Below are positions 8,870 through 16,799 of a DNA stretch of 32,000 bases, one piece after another. The notes under the pieces are model-generated. The model ran no database searches. It saw only the letters and a list, made by a program, of their open reading frames with translations, and had not been told where the DNA came from. Position 1 is the stretch's first letter; each line of letters begins with the position of its first letter. Made by a program: the position numbers and the translations under genes. Location: positions 900,001-932,000 of the forward strand of contig NC_002939.5 of NCBI RefSeq assembly GCF_000007985.2, written 5' to 3'. The DNA comes from Geobacter sulfurreducens PCA. GTDB lineage: Bacteria > Desulfobacterota > Desulfuromonadia > Geobacterales > Geobacteraceae.

Positions 8870-9619
8870 ATGAACGAGCCGAAGAATCCACGAGGGGAAG
8901 AAACAGCAGGCAAGACCATCGGCGAGTTTGTTGCCGAGGACTACCGGACGGCGGGCGTTTTCGAGAAATACGGGATTGACTTCTGCTGCGGCGGAAATAG
9001 TGCGCTTTCTGCCGCCTGCCGGCAAAAGGGAATCGACCCGGCTCTGATCGTGCTGGAAATTGAGGCTGCGAAGACCGACCCCGTCGCACGGAGCGAGAAC
9101 TTTGCGGCGTGGGAACTTCCGTTTTTGGCAGACTATATCGTCGCTGTTCACCATGGGTACATCAAAGAGAATATCGGGCAGATTGTCTCCCATACCCACA
9201 AGATTGCCGAGGTCCACGGCCCCCGGCATCCCGAGTTGGCCGAAATCGCCGCTATGTTCGAGAAGATTGCAGCCGATCTGGCAGCCCATTTGCGCGAGGA
9301 GGAAGAAATCTTTTTTCCGGCCCTGAAGCGGGCCGACTCAGCAGGAAAGGCAGGGAAGAAACCAGCGCAACAGGATGTCGACGCAATCAGGGGAGATTTG
9401 ATAAGGCTGCGCCGGGAGCACGAGGAGGTGGGCGATAGGGTTCACGCCATTCGCCATCTCGCCAGAGATTTTACGGTCCCCGGCGACGCTTGTAACACCT
9501 ACGCGGTCACGTACAAGCAACTTAAGGAATTCGAGGATGATCTCCACAAGCATGTGCACCTCGAAAACAATATCCTTTTTCTGAAAGCAGAAAGAGACCT
9601 GATCCCCTCGCTGGTATGA
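8870..9619 (+). CDS. ric: Iron-sulfur cluster repair di-iron protein (RIC / ScdA / YtfE family)
   Basis: Track ORF 8807..9619. The start is set at ATG 8870, preceded by AAAGGAGGA. It has the N-terminal ScdA_N motif GIDFCCGG and hemerythrin-like His/Glu blocks (VHHGYIKENI, HLREEEEIFFP, HKHVHLENNILF). Confidence 0.85.
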   Translation: MNEPKNPRGEETAGKTIGEFVAEDYRTAGVFEKYGIDFCCGGNSALSAACRQKGIDPALIVLEIEAAKTDPVARSENFAAWELPFLADYIVAVHHGYIKENIGQIVSHTHKIAEVHGPRHPELAEIAAMFEKIAADLAAHLREEEEIFFPALKRADSAGKAGKKPAQQDVDAIRGDLIRLRREHEEVGDRVHAIRHLARDFTVPGDACNTYAVTYKQLKEFEDDLHKHVHLENNILFLKAERDLIPSLV

Positions 9620-9727
9620 GGGGTGCCTGGCGAACACGCAGCTCTGGGCCGGCCGGGGAGGTAGACTTAATCTTGTCTAAGGTGCGAGGGGATGCTCATG
9701 TCTGCAGCTGTGCCAGCCTGCAATAAT

Positions 9728-9825
9728 TGGCGGAGGTACATGGGAATCGAACCCACCTGGGAGTTTTCTCAACCCCCACACCGGTTTTGAAGACCGGGCG
9801 GCCCACCAGCGACCGACGTACCTCC
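9728..9825 (-). tRNA. selC: tRNA-Sec (anticodon UCA), 98 nt, CCA encoded
   Basis: Minus strand reads GGAGGTAC-GT-CGGTCGCTGGTGGGCCG-CCCGGT CTTCAAA ACCGGT-GTGGGGGTTGAGAAAACTCCCAGGT-GGG TTCGATT CCC-AT-GTACCTCC-G-CCA. It has an 8-bp acceptor stem (GGAGGTAC/GTACCTCC), anticodon loop CUUCAAA (UCA), a long variable arm, a GTTCGATTC T-loop and discriminator G. This is the bacterial 8/5 selenocysteine tRNA architecture. Confidence 0.9.
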
Positions 9826-9860
9826 GTATGGGGCGGGACATCAACGAAAAAGACATTCGT

Positions 9861-9889
9861 AAAATAGAATATTTTCGCCTTGATGACAA
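9861..9889 (-). promoter_or_regulatory. Candidate sigma70 promoter for selC (TTGTCA-N17-TATTTT)
   Basis: Hexamers read on the minus strand at 9889-9884 and 9866-9861, about 35 nt upstream of the mature tRNA 5' end. Sequence match only. Confidence 0.3.
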
Positions 9890-10012
9890 CACCTATTTTC
9901 CGGCCATTCCCGTTTAGTCGCGACGGGGGTTTTAGGATATGTAACTTGATGAAACCTATATTAAATGGTATCACTGAACCCATTAAGCGAAACGTTTTAC
10001 CACGGAGGTATC

Positions 10013-10819
10013 ATGACGAAACGACTGATCAACTCCTGTCTGGTCGGGGCGCTGGTTGCCGTACTGGCAGCAGGCTCAGCCCTCGCTTCCCCGAAGGAGG
10101 GGGCCAAAGAGGAGAGCCCCGAAGCGACGATCAAGGCGCTCTTCCCAACGCTGCCTCTGACAAGCGTTAAGAAAACCCCAATCGACGGCCTCTTCGAGGT
10201 GATTACCGACGGCAACGTCATCTACATCTATCCGAAGACCGGCAACGTCATCATCGGCAATCTCTTCACCAAGGAGGGCAAGAACCTGACGGCAGAGGCG
10301 AGCAACCGCCTGGTAGCGGATCGCTACAAGCTCATCACCGCCGCCGACAAGGAGAAAGCGGTGAAAGTCGGCAACGGCAAGTACGAGGTCATCGAGATCA
10401 CCGACCCCGATTGCCCCTATTGCCGCAAGATGCACGAGTACTGGGGCCGCAGGCCCGACGTGACCCGTTACGTCTTCTTCCTTCCCCTTGCCATGCATCC
10501 CGATGCCGAGAAGAAGATCCGCTACATCCTGTCCGCCGAGAACAAGGAACTGGCCTTCTGGGAAGTCTATTCGGGCGAGTTGGACAACAAGCGTGAGATC
10601 CTTGACGCCCCCCGGGACGACAAGGGGCTTCTCGCCGCCCACAAGGCGATCGTGGCCAAGCTGGGCGTGAACTCTACTCCCACCTTCTGGGTGCAGGGAA
10701 CCTATGTGAACGGCGCCAATACCCAGCTCATCGAGAAGGTGATCGGCACGTGCAAGACCGCCGAGGGCATGGCTCCCGGTGCTCCTGTCAAGTGCGAGGA
10801 CGAGGGGCAGAAGAAATAG
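10013..10819 (+). CDS. Periplasmic thiol:disulfide interchange protein, DsbC/DsbG-like (CPYC)
   Basis: Track ORF 9965..10819. The start is set at ATG 10013 (GGAGG 5 nt upstream). It has a signal peptide (MTKRLINSCLVGALVAVLAAGSALA), a DsbC-type N-terminal dimerisation block (IDGLFEVITDGNVIYIYPKTGNVIIGNLF), a thioredoxin-fold active site (DPDCPYCRK) and a cis-Pro region (VNSTPTFWV). Confidence 0.8.
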   Translation: MTKRLINSCLVGALVAVLAAGSALASPKEGAKEESPEATIKALFPTLPLTSVKKTPIDGLFEVITDGNVIYIYPKTGNVIIGNLFTKEGKNLTAEASNRLVADRYKLITAADKEKAVKVGNGKYEVIEITDPDCPYCRKMHEYWGRRPDVTRYVFFLPLAMHPDAEKKIRYILSAENKELAFWEVYSGELDNKREILDAPRDDKGLLAAHKAIVAKLGVNSTPTFWVQGTYVNGANTQLIEKVIGTCKTAEGMAPGAPVKCEDEGQKK

Positions 10820-10837
10820 CGGAGGCCTCGCACTTCC

Positions 10838-11563
10838 GTGATCCCGCTCAAGGACTACAACCCGACGCGACGCTTGCCGGTGGTGAGCGTCGCGCTCATC
10901 ATTCTCAATTGTGCCGCGTTCCTGTTCGACCGTTACACCGGCCACTACGAGCCGCTGATCGTTGAGACGGCCCGGGGGCTGGTCCGAACGCGGCAGTTCG
11001 TCGGAGGACTGTCGGCGGACTACTCGCTGGTTCCCGCCGTGCTTACTTCCCATCCCCTCCTTGCCTTGCCCACCATCATCACCTCAATGTTCCTCCACGG
11101 CAACTGGCTCCACATCGGCTCAAACATGCTCTACCTCTGGATATTCGGCAACAATGTGGAGGATGTGCTGGGGCGGTTCCGCTTCGTGGTGTTCTATCTG
11201 GGCTGCGGCGCCGTGGCGGCCCTGGCCCAGGTGGCAAGCGCGCCCGGTTCCGATATCCCGATGGTGGGGGCCAGCGGCGCCGTTGCCGGCGTGATGGGGG
11301 CCTATCTGCTCCTGTTCCCCCATGCGCGGATACTGACGCTGGTGCCGATCATCTTCTTTTTTACCTTCATCGAAGTACCGGCATTCATCATCATCGGCTG
11401 GTGGGTGCTCATCCAGTTCCTGAACGCCAACTGGCTCGGCGGGGGGGAATTGCGTGGCGGCGTGGCCTATTTCGCACACATCGGCGGGTTTGTGGCCGGG
11501 ATTGTAGGTCTCTGGCTTTTCGGGGCGGCGCGCCGGGGGGGCAGGCCCTACCGGCGCTGGTAG
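10838..11563 (+). CDS. Rhomboid-family intramembrane serine protease
   Basis: 241-aa ORF with a GTG start 18 nt after the DsbC-like stop. It has the rhomboid motifs FLHGNWLHIGSNMLYLW (HxxxN) and the catalytic GASGAVAGVMGAY, with the His in FAHIGGFVAG. Confidence 0.85.
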   Translation: MIPLKDYNPTRRLPVVSVALIILNCAAFLFDRYTGHYEPLIVETARGLVRTRQFVGGLSADYSLVPAVLTSHPLLALPTIITSMFLHGNWLHIGSNMLYLWIFGNNVEDVLGRFRFVVFYLGCGAVAALAQVASAPGSDIPMVGASGAVAGVMGAYLLLFPHARILTLVPIIFFFTFIEVPAFIIIGWWVLIQFLNANWLGGGELRGGVAYFAHIGGFVAGIVGLWLFGAARRGGRPYRRW

Positions 11564-11567
11564 TTTT

Positions 11568-12005
11568 TCACGGAGATCCGTAGAAGGTGTGGAACCGGGA
11601 GATGCCGCTCATGCGCTCTTCCGACAGGTAGTACCGGTAGAAAAACCGTATGGTCTTGGGTTTCGCCGTCATTACGGCACGCACCGGGATGGAGAAGTCG
11701 GCACGTTCGCCGATGGCGAGCTGGTTGGGGAAGAAAAGGAACGACCCCGTCCCGATGGGCGTGCCCCCTTCGTCCAGCAGCGTGGCAGTCAGTTCCAGGT
11801 CGCGGATGTAGTAATAGGTCCTGTTCTCGGCCACGCCGTCGATGGTAGCGCCGTCGGGGCCGATCGTGGTTTTCCAGGAAAAGGCAAAGTCGAAGAATTC
11901 GTAGCTGTTCGGGTAGGTTTCGGCCGGACGCAGGGACACGGCCGTTTGAGCGCACCCGGCGGTCAGGAACAGCATCAGGGCGAGCAAGAGGTGTTTCGCG
12001 TGCAT
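11568..12005 (-). CDS. Hypothetical lipoprotein (145 aa), no recognisable family
   Basis: Tail of track ORF 11568..12083. The start is set at ATG 12005, giving MHAKHLLLALMLFLTAGC (lipobox LTAGC). No catalytic or domain motif was recognised. Confidence 0.55.
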   Translation of the reverse strand: MHAKHLLLALMLFLTAGCAQTAVSLRPAETYPNSYEFFDFAFSWKTTIGPDGATIDGVAENRTYYYIRDLELTATLLDEGGTPIGTGSFLFFPNQLAIGERADFSIPVRAVMTAKPKTIRFFYRYYLSEERMSGISRFHTFYGSP

Positions 12006-12179
12006 GGGACCCCCTTCGCATGGCTGCCGCGCCATTAATGATATACCGATACCGAACGGATTTTCGGCTTCTTTGGCCGACACTGATGTTACTATGCCAA
12101 ATTTGTGCTACCATTCAACTGCTGAATGTGATGCAGTGCATGAATTCTTTCCATTCCCGGGAGGTACGTTTCAACATCC

Positions 12180-13514
12180 ATGATTGAAGAATTATTGGTC
12201 ATCTTTGTCCTGATTCTCGGCAATGGTTTTTTTGCCGGCTCGGAGCTTGCCATCATTTCCGCCCGCAAGGGAAGAATTGCCCAGCTGGTCGAAGCCGGCG
12301 ACTCCCGCGCCCAGATTGTTGAACGACTCCAGAATGATCCGCACCGCTTTCTGGCCACGGTCCAGGTAGGGGTGACGGTGGTTGGCTCTCTTGCCTCCGC
12401 CGTGGGCGGCGCTGCGGCGGTGCAATCGGTCAAACCGCTGCTGGAGGCGGTTCCCGTCGACTTCATCCGCCATGCGGCTGAGCCTCTGGCCATCGGCCTG
12501 GCAGTCGTATTCATCTCCTATCTCTCCCTCATCTTCGGTGAACTGGTCCCCAAGACCGTGGGACTCCAGTATGCTGATCAGATGGCGCTTCGCGTGGCCA
12601 AGCCGATCAGCTCCCTGGCAAAGGTCGCGGGAGTGGTGGTCAGCTTTCTCACCATTTCCAACAAGGCAGTGCTCGCCATGATGGGGATCAAGGCCGAGGG
12701 GAGCCAGGCCTTCGTCACCCGCGAGGAGGTTCAGCACATCGTTGCCGAGGGGCACGAGGCGGGGGTGTTCAGCGCCACCGAGCAGGAGTACATCAGGAAC
12801 ATCTTCGATTTCACCCACACCTGCGTCCGTGAGGTGATGGTGCCGCGCACCCGCATGGTGGCGCTCGATCTGGCGCGTCCCCGGATGGAGCTGGTCCGGG
12901 AGGTGCTGGACAACATGTATTCACGCTATCCGGTTTACCGCGAGAGCATCGAGAACGTCGTAGGCTTCATTCATGGCAAGGATCTGCTGGGGAGGACCGT
13001 GACCGATCCGGAATTCGCCATGGAATCGATCGTCCGCCCTCCCTTCTATGTGCCCGAAGGGAAAAAGGTCAACGAACTCCTCAAGGAGATGCAGCGGCTC
13101 AGGATTCACATGGCGCTGGTAGTCGACGAGTATGGCGGCATCAGCGGCCTGGTCACCACGGAGGACTTGCTGGAGGAGCTGGTGGGCGAGATCGAGGACG
13201 AACACGACATCGGCGAGCCCGGGACCGTGCAGCGGCTGCCGGACGGCAGTCTGCTGGTGGACGCCCTCATGTCGATCGGAGACCTGGCAGACCTGCTCAA
13301 GATCAAGCTGGAAGAGGATGTGCCCTATGACACCCTTGCTGGCCTCATTCTCGACCAGTTGGGACGCTTCCCCGAGCGGGGCGAGACGGTTGAATGGGAC
13401 CGCTTCAGCCTCATCTGCGAGGAGGTCAAGCAGACGGCGATCGTCAAGGTGCGCATCGTGGAAAATCTGCCGCCCCAGGCGGGTGACGAACAGTACGGAA
13501 CGGAGCACGAGTAG
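12180..13514 (+). CDS. CNNM / HlyC-CorC family transporter (DUF21 - CBS pair - CorC_HlyC)
   Basis: 444-aa ORF. It has a DUF21 N-terminus (LILGNGFFAGSELAIISARK), a CBS pair (VMVPRTRMVALD..., HMALVVDEYGGISGLVTTEDLLEELVGEIEDEHD) and a C-terminal transporter-associated domain. Confidence 0.9.
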   Translation: MIEELLVIFVLILGNGFFAGSELAIISARKGRIAQLVEAGDSRAQIVERLQNDPHRFLATVQVGVTVVGSLASAVGGAAAVQSVKPLLEAVPVDFIRHAAEPLAIGLAVVFISYLSLIFGELVPKTVGLQYADQMALRVAKPISSLAKVAGVVVSFLTISNKAVLAMMGIKAEGSQAFVTREEVQHIVAEGHEAGVFSATEQEYIRNIFDFTHTCVREVMVPRTRMVALDLARPRMELVREVLDNMYSRYPVYRESIENVVGFIHGKDLLGRTVTDPEFAMESIVRPPFYVPEGKKVNELLKEMQRLRIHMALVVDEYGGISGLVTTEDLLEELVGEIEDEHDIGEPGTVQRLPDGSLLVDALMSIGDLADLLKIKLEEDVPYDTLAGLILDQLGRFPERGETVEWDRFSLICEEVKQTAIVKVRIVENLPPQAGDEQYGTEHE

Positions 13515-13516
13515 GC

Positions 13517-14608
13517 ATGGACCGGGGACACTTTTTCGCGCTGCTCGGTTTTCTGGCCGTTGCCCTCATGCTGTACCTCGTCTATGCCATTGTGGCGCCG
13601 TTCCTGGCGCCGCTGGGATGGGCCGCCGTCATCGGCGTGCTCACCTTTCCCCTCTACCGGAAGCTCCGGGCCGGGGTCGGCGGCAGGGAGTTGCTTGCCG
13701 CGGGAATAATGACCCCCGCAGTGGTCATCACCCTCGTGGTCCCCGTGGTCGGCCTCACGTTCTTCATCATCCAGGAAGCGACCCTCGCCTACCAGTTCCT
13801 GGAACGGGTCGCCGCCGACGGAGGAGAGGCGGTGCTGGCCAAGATTCGGGCCCACCACCTGATACACCCCTGGATTACGCGGATCGAGGCTTACACCGGC
13901 CCCCTCAGCCTTGAGATCGACACCACCTTTCTCCCCGAGGTGAAAGAGGTGGCGGCCAAGATCCTCGGTTACTCCAAGGAGGCGGTCAAGAACGCCTTCC
14001 TCTTTATCCTCAAGATTATCCTGATGGTGATTGCCCTGTTCTTCATCTATCTCGACGGCGAACGGGTCCAGCGCCGGGTTCTCGCGATCATTCCCCTCAC
14101 CGAGCAGCACAAGATCGAACTTTCCGATACCGTTCGGCGGGTGCTCACAGCGGTCATGTTCGGCGTTTTTCTCACCTGCCTCGTGCAGGGCGCCCTCGGT
14201 GGCATCGGCCTGTTGGTTGCCGGTATCCCCTCGCCGGTCCTCTTCGGAGCCATAATGGCAGTCTGCGCCCTGATCCCGGTGGTGGGAACGGCCCTCATCT
14301 GGTTGCCTGCCGCTATCTACCTGCTGCTTAACGGGCAAATAGTCCAGGGGGTCGGGCTCATGATCTGGGGATTTGCCGTGGTTAGCTCCATCGACAACGT
14401 GATCCGTCCCTTTTTCATCAGCGGCAAGGCCAAGCTGCCGGTGCTCGTCATCGCCATTGGCGGCCTGGGAGGTCTTGCCTCCTTCGGGCTGCTGGGGGCC
14501 GTGATCGGTCCCCTCGTGCTTGCCTTGTTCCTGGCACTCTTCGATATGTATCAGGAGGAAATGGCGGGACGCGACGATGACGCCGGGCCCCGCCCGGGGG
14601 AGGGTTAG
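13517..14608 (+). CDS. AI-2E (PerM/YhhT, UPF0118) family transporter
   Basis: 363-aa polytopic ORF that starts 2 nt after the CNNM stop. It has the characteristic C-terminal block IPVVGTALIWLPAAIYLLL...IDNVIRPFFISGKAKLP...GGLGGLASFGLLGAVIGP. Confidence 0.85.
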   Translation: MDRGHFFALLGFLAVALMLYLVYAIVAPFLAPLGWAAVIGVLTFPLYRKLRAGVGGRELLAAGIMTPAVVITLVVPVVGLTFFIIQEATLAYQFLERVAADGGEAVLAKIRAHHLIHPWITRIEAYTGPLSLEIDTTFLPEVKEVAAKILGYSKEAVKNAFLFILKIILMVIALFFIYLDGERVQRRVLAIIPLTEQHKIELSDTVRRVLTAVMFGVFLTCLVQGALGGIGLLVAGIPSPVLFGAIMAVCALIPVVGTALIWLPAAIYLLLNGQIVQGVGLMIWGFAVVSSIDNVIRPFFISGKAKLPVLVIAIGGLGGLASFGLLGAVIGPLVLALFLALFDMYQEEMAGRDDDAGPRPGEG

Positions 14609-14619
14609 GGAAGGCTTGG

Positions 14620-15555
14620 TTATCCGCGCTGGGCGGTGCGGGTTCTCCGGTTGCCGATGGTGACCGAGGTGAGGATCGAGATTGCCAGCACCCCCACGAT
14701 GGTTCCCAGGGAGAAGATGATGGGGATGTGGTAAATGTCCACCAGCAGCATCTTCACCCCCACGTAGGCCAGGATGACGGACACGCCAAGCTTCAGGTAG
14801 ACGAACATCTCCATTACGTTGGCCAGCAGGTAGTAGAGGGAACGCAGTCCCATGATGGCGAACACGTTGGAGGTGTACACGATGAAGGGGTCCCGGCTCA
14901 CCGCCAGCACCGCCGGAATGGAGTCCACGGCAAAGATCAGGTCGCTCGACTCCACCATGACCAAGGCCAGGAATAGCGGCGTGGCCGCCCGCACCCCTCC
15001 CTTCTTGATGAAGAAGCGGTCGTCGCGAATACGTTTGGTGATCGGTACCAGCTTGCGCACGAGCCGCACTATGGGGTTTTTTTCCGGCTCGATCTTTTCC
15101 TCTCCGCCGAAGGCCATCTTGAATCCCGTCACCACCAGAATTCCGCCGAACACGTAGATCATCCAGTGGAACCGTTCGATCAGCTCTATGCCTGCCAGGA
15201 TGAAGATCGCCCGCAATACCAGCGCGCCGATGATTCCCCACTTGAGGATCTTTGGCTGGTGGACCTTGGTGATGTGGAAGTAGGTGAAGATCATGATGAA
15301 GACGAAAAGGTTATCCACCGACAAGGACTGTTCGATGAGATAGCCGGTGAAGAACTCCATCGCCTTTGTGGGACCCATTTCAAAGTAGATCCAGGCGTTG
15401 AACGAGAGAGCCAGTGAGACCCAGACCAAGGTCCAGGTCAGGGCTTCGCGAAACTTGATCTCATGACTCTTGCGATTGAACACCCCCAGGTCGAGGGCGA
15501 AAACAACCAGCATAATGACGGCAAAGCCGATCCACATCATCGTAGTGATTTCCAT
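14620..15555 (-). CDS. TerC-family integral membrane protein (Alx/YkoY-like, putative Mn/metal exporter)
   Basis: 311-aa ORF with the TerC signatures YLIEQSLSVDNLFVFIMIF and SSDLIFAVDSIPAVLAVS. GGAG lies 9 nt upstream of ATG 15555. Confidence 0.9.
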   Translation of the reverse strand: MEITTMMWIGFAVIMLVVFALDLGVFNRKSHEIKFREALTWTLVWVSLALSFNAWIYFEMGPTKAMEFFTGYLIEQSLSVDNLFVFIMIFTYFHITKVHQPKILKWGIIGALVLRAIFILAGIELIERFHWMIYVFGGILVVTGFKMAFGGEEKIEPEKNPIVRLVRKLVPITKRIRDDRFFIKKGGVRAATPLFLALVMVESSDLIFAVDSIPAVLAVSRDPFIVYTSNVFAIMGLRSLYYLLANVMEMFVYLKLGVSVILAYVGVKMLLVDIYHIPIIFSLGTIVGVLAISILTSVTIGNRRTRTAQRG

Positions 15556-15588
15556 TCAGAGTAACTCCGGGATCTGTGACTGGAGGAC

Positions 15589-15625
15589 GGGGCGGAAGGT
15601 TACCGGGGTATGCTCCTTCCGCCCC
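15589..15625 (-). other. 11-bp GC-rich hairpin between htpX stop and terC start (no U tract)
   Basis: ggggcggaagg (15589-15599) is the exact reverse complement of ccttccgcccc (15615-15625), with a 15-nt loop. It sits in the 86-nt htpX-terC spacer. Confidence 0.35.
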
Positions 15626-15641
15626 GCCGCTGCAAGGGGCG

Positions 15642-16505
15642 CTAGAAATTTCTACTGTACGCCATGGCTTCGAGCCGGGCGATCCGCTCTTCCATGGGGG
15701 GGTGGGTGGAGAAAAGCTTGAACAGCGAACTGCCGCTGAGCGGGTTGACGATGAAGAGGTGGGCCGAAGCCGGCGACGCCTGCTGCATCGGGATCATTTG
15801 GGACGCCATCTGGAGCTTGCGCAGGGCATTGGCCAGGGACTGGGGATTGCCGCAGATGCGCGCACCCGACTCGTCCGCCAAATACTCGCGGGAGCGGGAT
15901 ACCGCCATCTGGATCAGCATGGCGGCGATGGGGGCGATGATCGCCATGGCCAGGCCGCCGATCATGCCGCCGGCCCCTTCCTCGTCGTCGCTCCGGCCGC
16001 CGCCGAACATGGCCGCCCACTGGAGCATATTGCCGAGCATGGAGATGGCACCGGCAAAGGTGGCGGCGATGGTGGACACCAGGATGTCGCGGTTCTTCAC
16101 GTGGGCCAGCTCGTGGGCCATGACCCCCTCGAGCTCCTCGGGGGAGAGGATGCGGAGGATGCCCTGGGTGGCGGCCACTGCCGCGTGATTGGGGTTGCGG
16201 CCGGTGGCGAAGGCATTGGGGCTGTCGCTGGGGATGATGTAGACCCGCGGCATGGGCAGGCCCGCCTGCACGGCCAGCCGGCGCACCATGCCGTAGAAGG
16301 TCGGGTTTTCGGTCTCGGTTATCTCCTTTGCCCCGTACATGGAGAGAACGATCTTGTCCGAGAACCAGTAGGAAAAGAAGTTCATGGCGCAGGCCATGAA
16401 GAAAGCGAAGACCATGCCGGTCTTGCCGCCTATGGCGCTCCCCATGGCCACCATGAGAAGGGTGAGCAGGGTCAGGAGCAGGGTGGTTTTGAGTCGGTTC
16501 ATCAT
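15642..16505 (-). CDS. htpX: Zinc metalloprotease HtpX (M48 family)
   Basis: Tail of track ORF 15642..16601. The start is set at ATG 16505 (GGAGG 9 nt upstream), giving [14 protein letters not shown].... It has the HEXXH motif in [14 protein letters not shown] and the C-terminal motif [11 protein letters not shown]. Confidence 0.9.
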   Translation of the reverse strand: MMNRLKTTLLLTLLTLLMVAMGSAIGGKTGMVFAFFMACAMNFFSYWFSDKIVLSMYGAKEITETENPTFYGMVRRLAVQAGLPMPRVYIIPSDSPNAFATGRNPNHAAVAATQGILRILSPEELEGVMAHELAHVKNRDILVSTIAATFAGAISMLGNMLQWAAMFGGGRSDDEEGAGGMIGGLAMAIIAPIAAMLIQMAVSRSREYLADESGARICGNPQSLANALRKLQMASQMIPMQQASPASAHLFIVNPLSGSSLFKLFSTHPPMEERIARLEAMAYSRNF

Positions 16506-16549
16506 GTGTTGGTACCTCCGGTTGGTTATGCGTTGTGGCCGGGGCAAAT

Positions 16550-16594
16550 AAAAAAAACCTTTACCCGCGGCGCGACTGAGCCGTGGATAAAGGT
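16550..16594 (-). terminator. Intrinsic terminator forming the expression platform of the Mn riboswitch
   Basis: Minus-strand RNA reads ACCUUUAUCC-ACGGCUCAGUCGCGCCGC-GGGUAAAGGU followed by U8 (A run 16550-16557 on the + strand). The stem is 10 bp and extends by CGGC/GCCG. Its 5' arm reuses the CCUUU that closes the aptamer helix. Confidence 0.6.
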
Positions 16595-16725
16595 CTTGCA
16601 TGCTGTAACGCTCAACATCGGAATCAATGTTTCACGAAGCCCCGGGCCCGGGTGTTGCCACCGTGATGACGAGCCGTGGGTCGGCGCGCACGGATGGATA
16701 ACGCCGATTGCTACTCCCCTTTAAC
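16586..16725 (-). ncRNA. yybP-ykoY (manganese) riboswitch aptamer
   Basis: Minus-strand RNA reads GUUAAAGGGGAGUAGCAAUCGGCG...UUCCGAUGUUGAGCGUUACAGCAUGCAAGACCUUUAUCC. It contains the two near-invariant blocks of the family (AAAGGGGAGUAGC at the 5' side and GUUGA...GCAAGACCUUU at the 3' side). AAAGG/CCUUU can form the closing helix and AAUCGG/CCGAU an inner helix. Recognised by eye against the remembered L. lactis / B. subtilis consensus; no covariance model was run. Confidence 0.75.
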
Positions 16726-16732
16726 AAAGAAA

Positions 16733-16761
16733 ATGATAATCAGCCGCCCCAGCGATGTCAA
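16733..16761 (-). promoter_or_regulatory. Sigma70-type promoter of the riboswitch transcript (TTGACA-N17-TATCAT)
   Basis: On the minus strand, TTGACA lies at 16761-16756 and TATCAT at 16738-16733. The G that begins GUUAAAGGGGAG lies 7 nt downstream of the -10, a plausible TSS. Confidence 0.5.
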
Positions 16762-16799
16762 GGGTTTTCGTGGCGGCACATTCCGGTCCTTGCATATCT

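Noticed and set aside
9620-10012. Genomic-island or integration signature at the tRNA-Sec gene, and a neighbouring selenoprotein gene (in-frame TGA with a downstream hairpin).
   Set aside because: There is no integrase, no direct repeat of the tRNA 3' end, and no pair of same-frame ORFs separated by a single TGA in the flanks. The AT-richer stretch at 9830-10010 is adequately explained by divergent promoters.
13325-15241. Very long 638-aa minus-strand ORF spanning the AI-2E and TerC genes; similar cases are 5351..7330 (659 aa inside acnA), 24206..25609 (467 aa antisense to cdaA), 15576..16724 (antisense to htpX), 10076..11053 and 1810..2904.
   Set aside because: Their translations are Arg/Gly/Pro/His-rich and low in complexity, with no motifs. 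They lie out of frame or antisense to ORFs that have unmistakable family signatures. Long stop-free alternative frames are expected in GC-rich DNA.
15556-15641. Possible second yybP-ykoY aptamer directly upstream of terC, and another upstream of the GDT1 gene (16726..16864, plus strand).
   Set aside because: Neither region contains the GGGGAGUAG or GCAAGACC blocks, and the terC spacer (86 nt) is too short for the aptamer.
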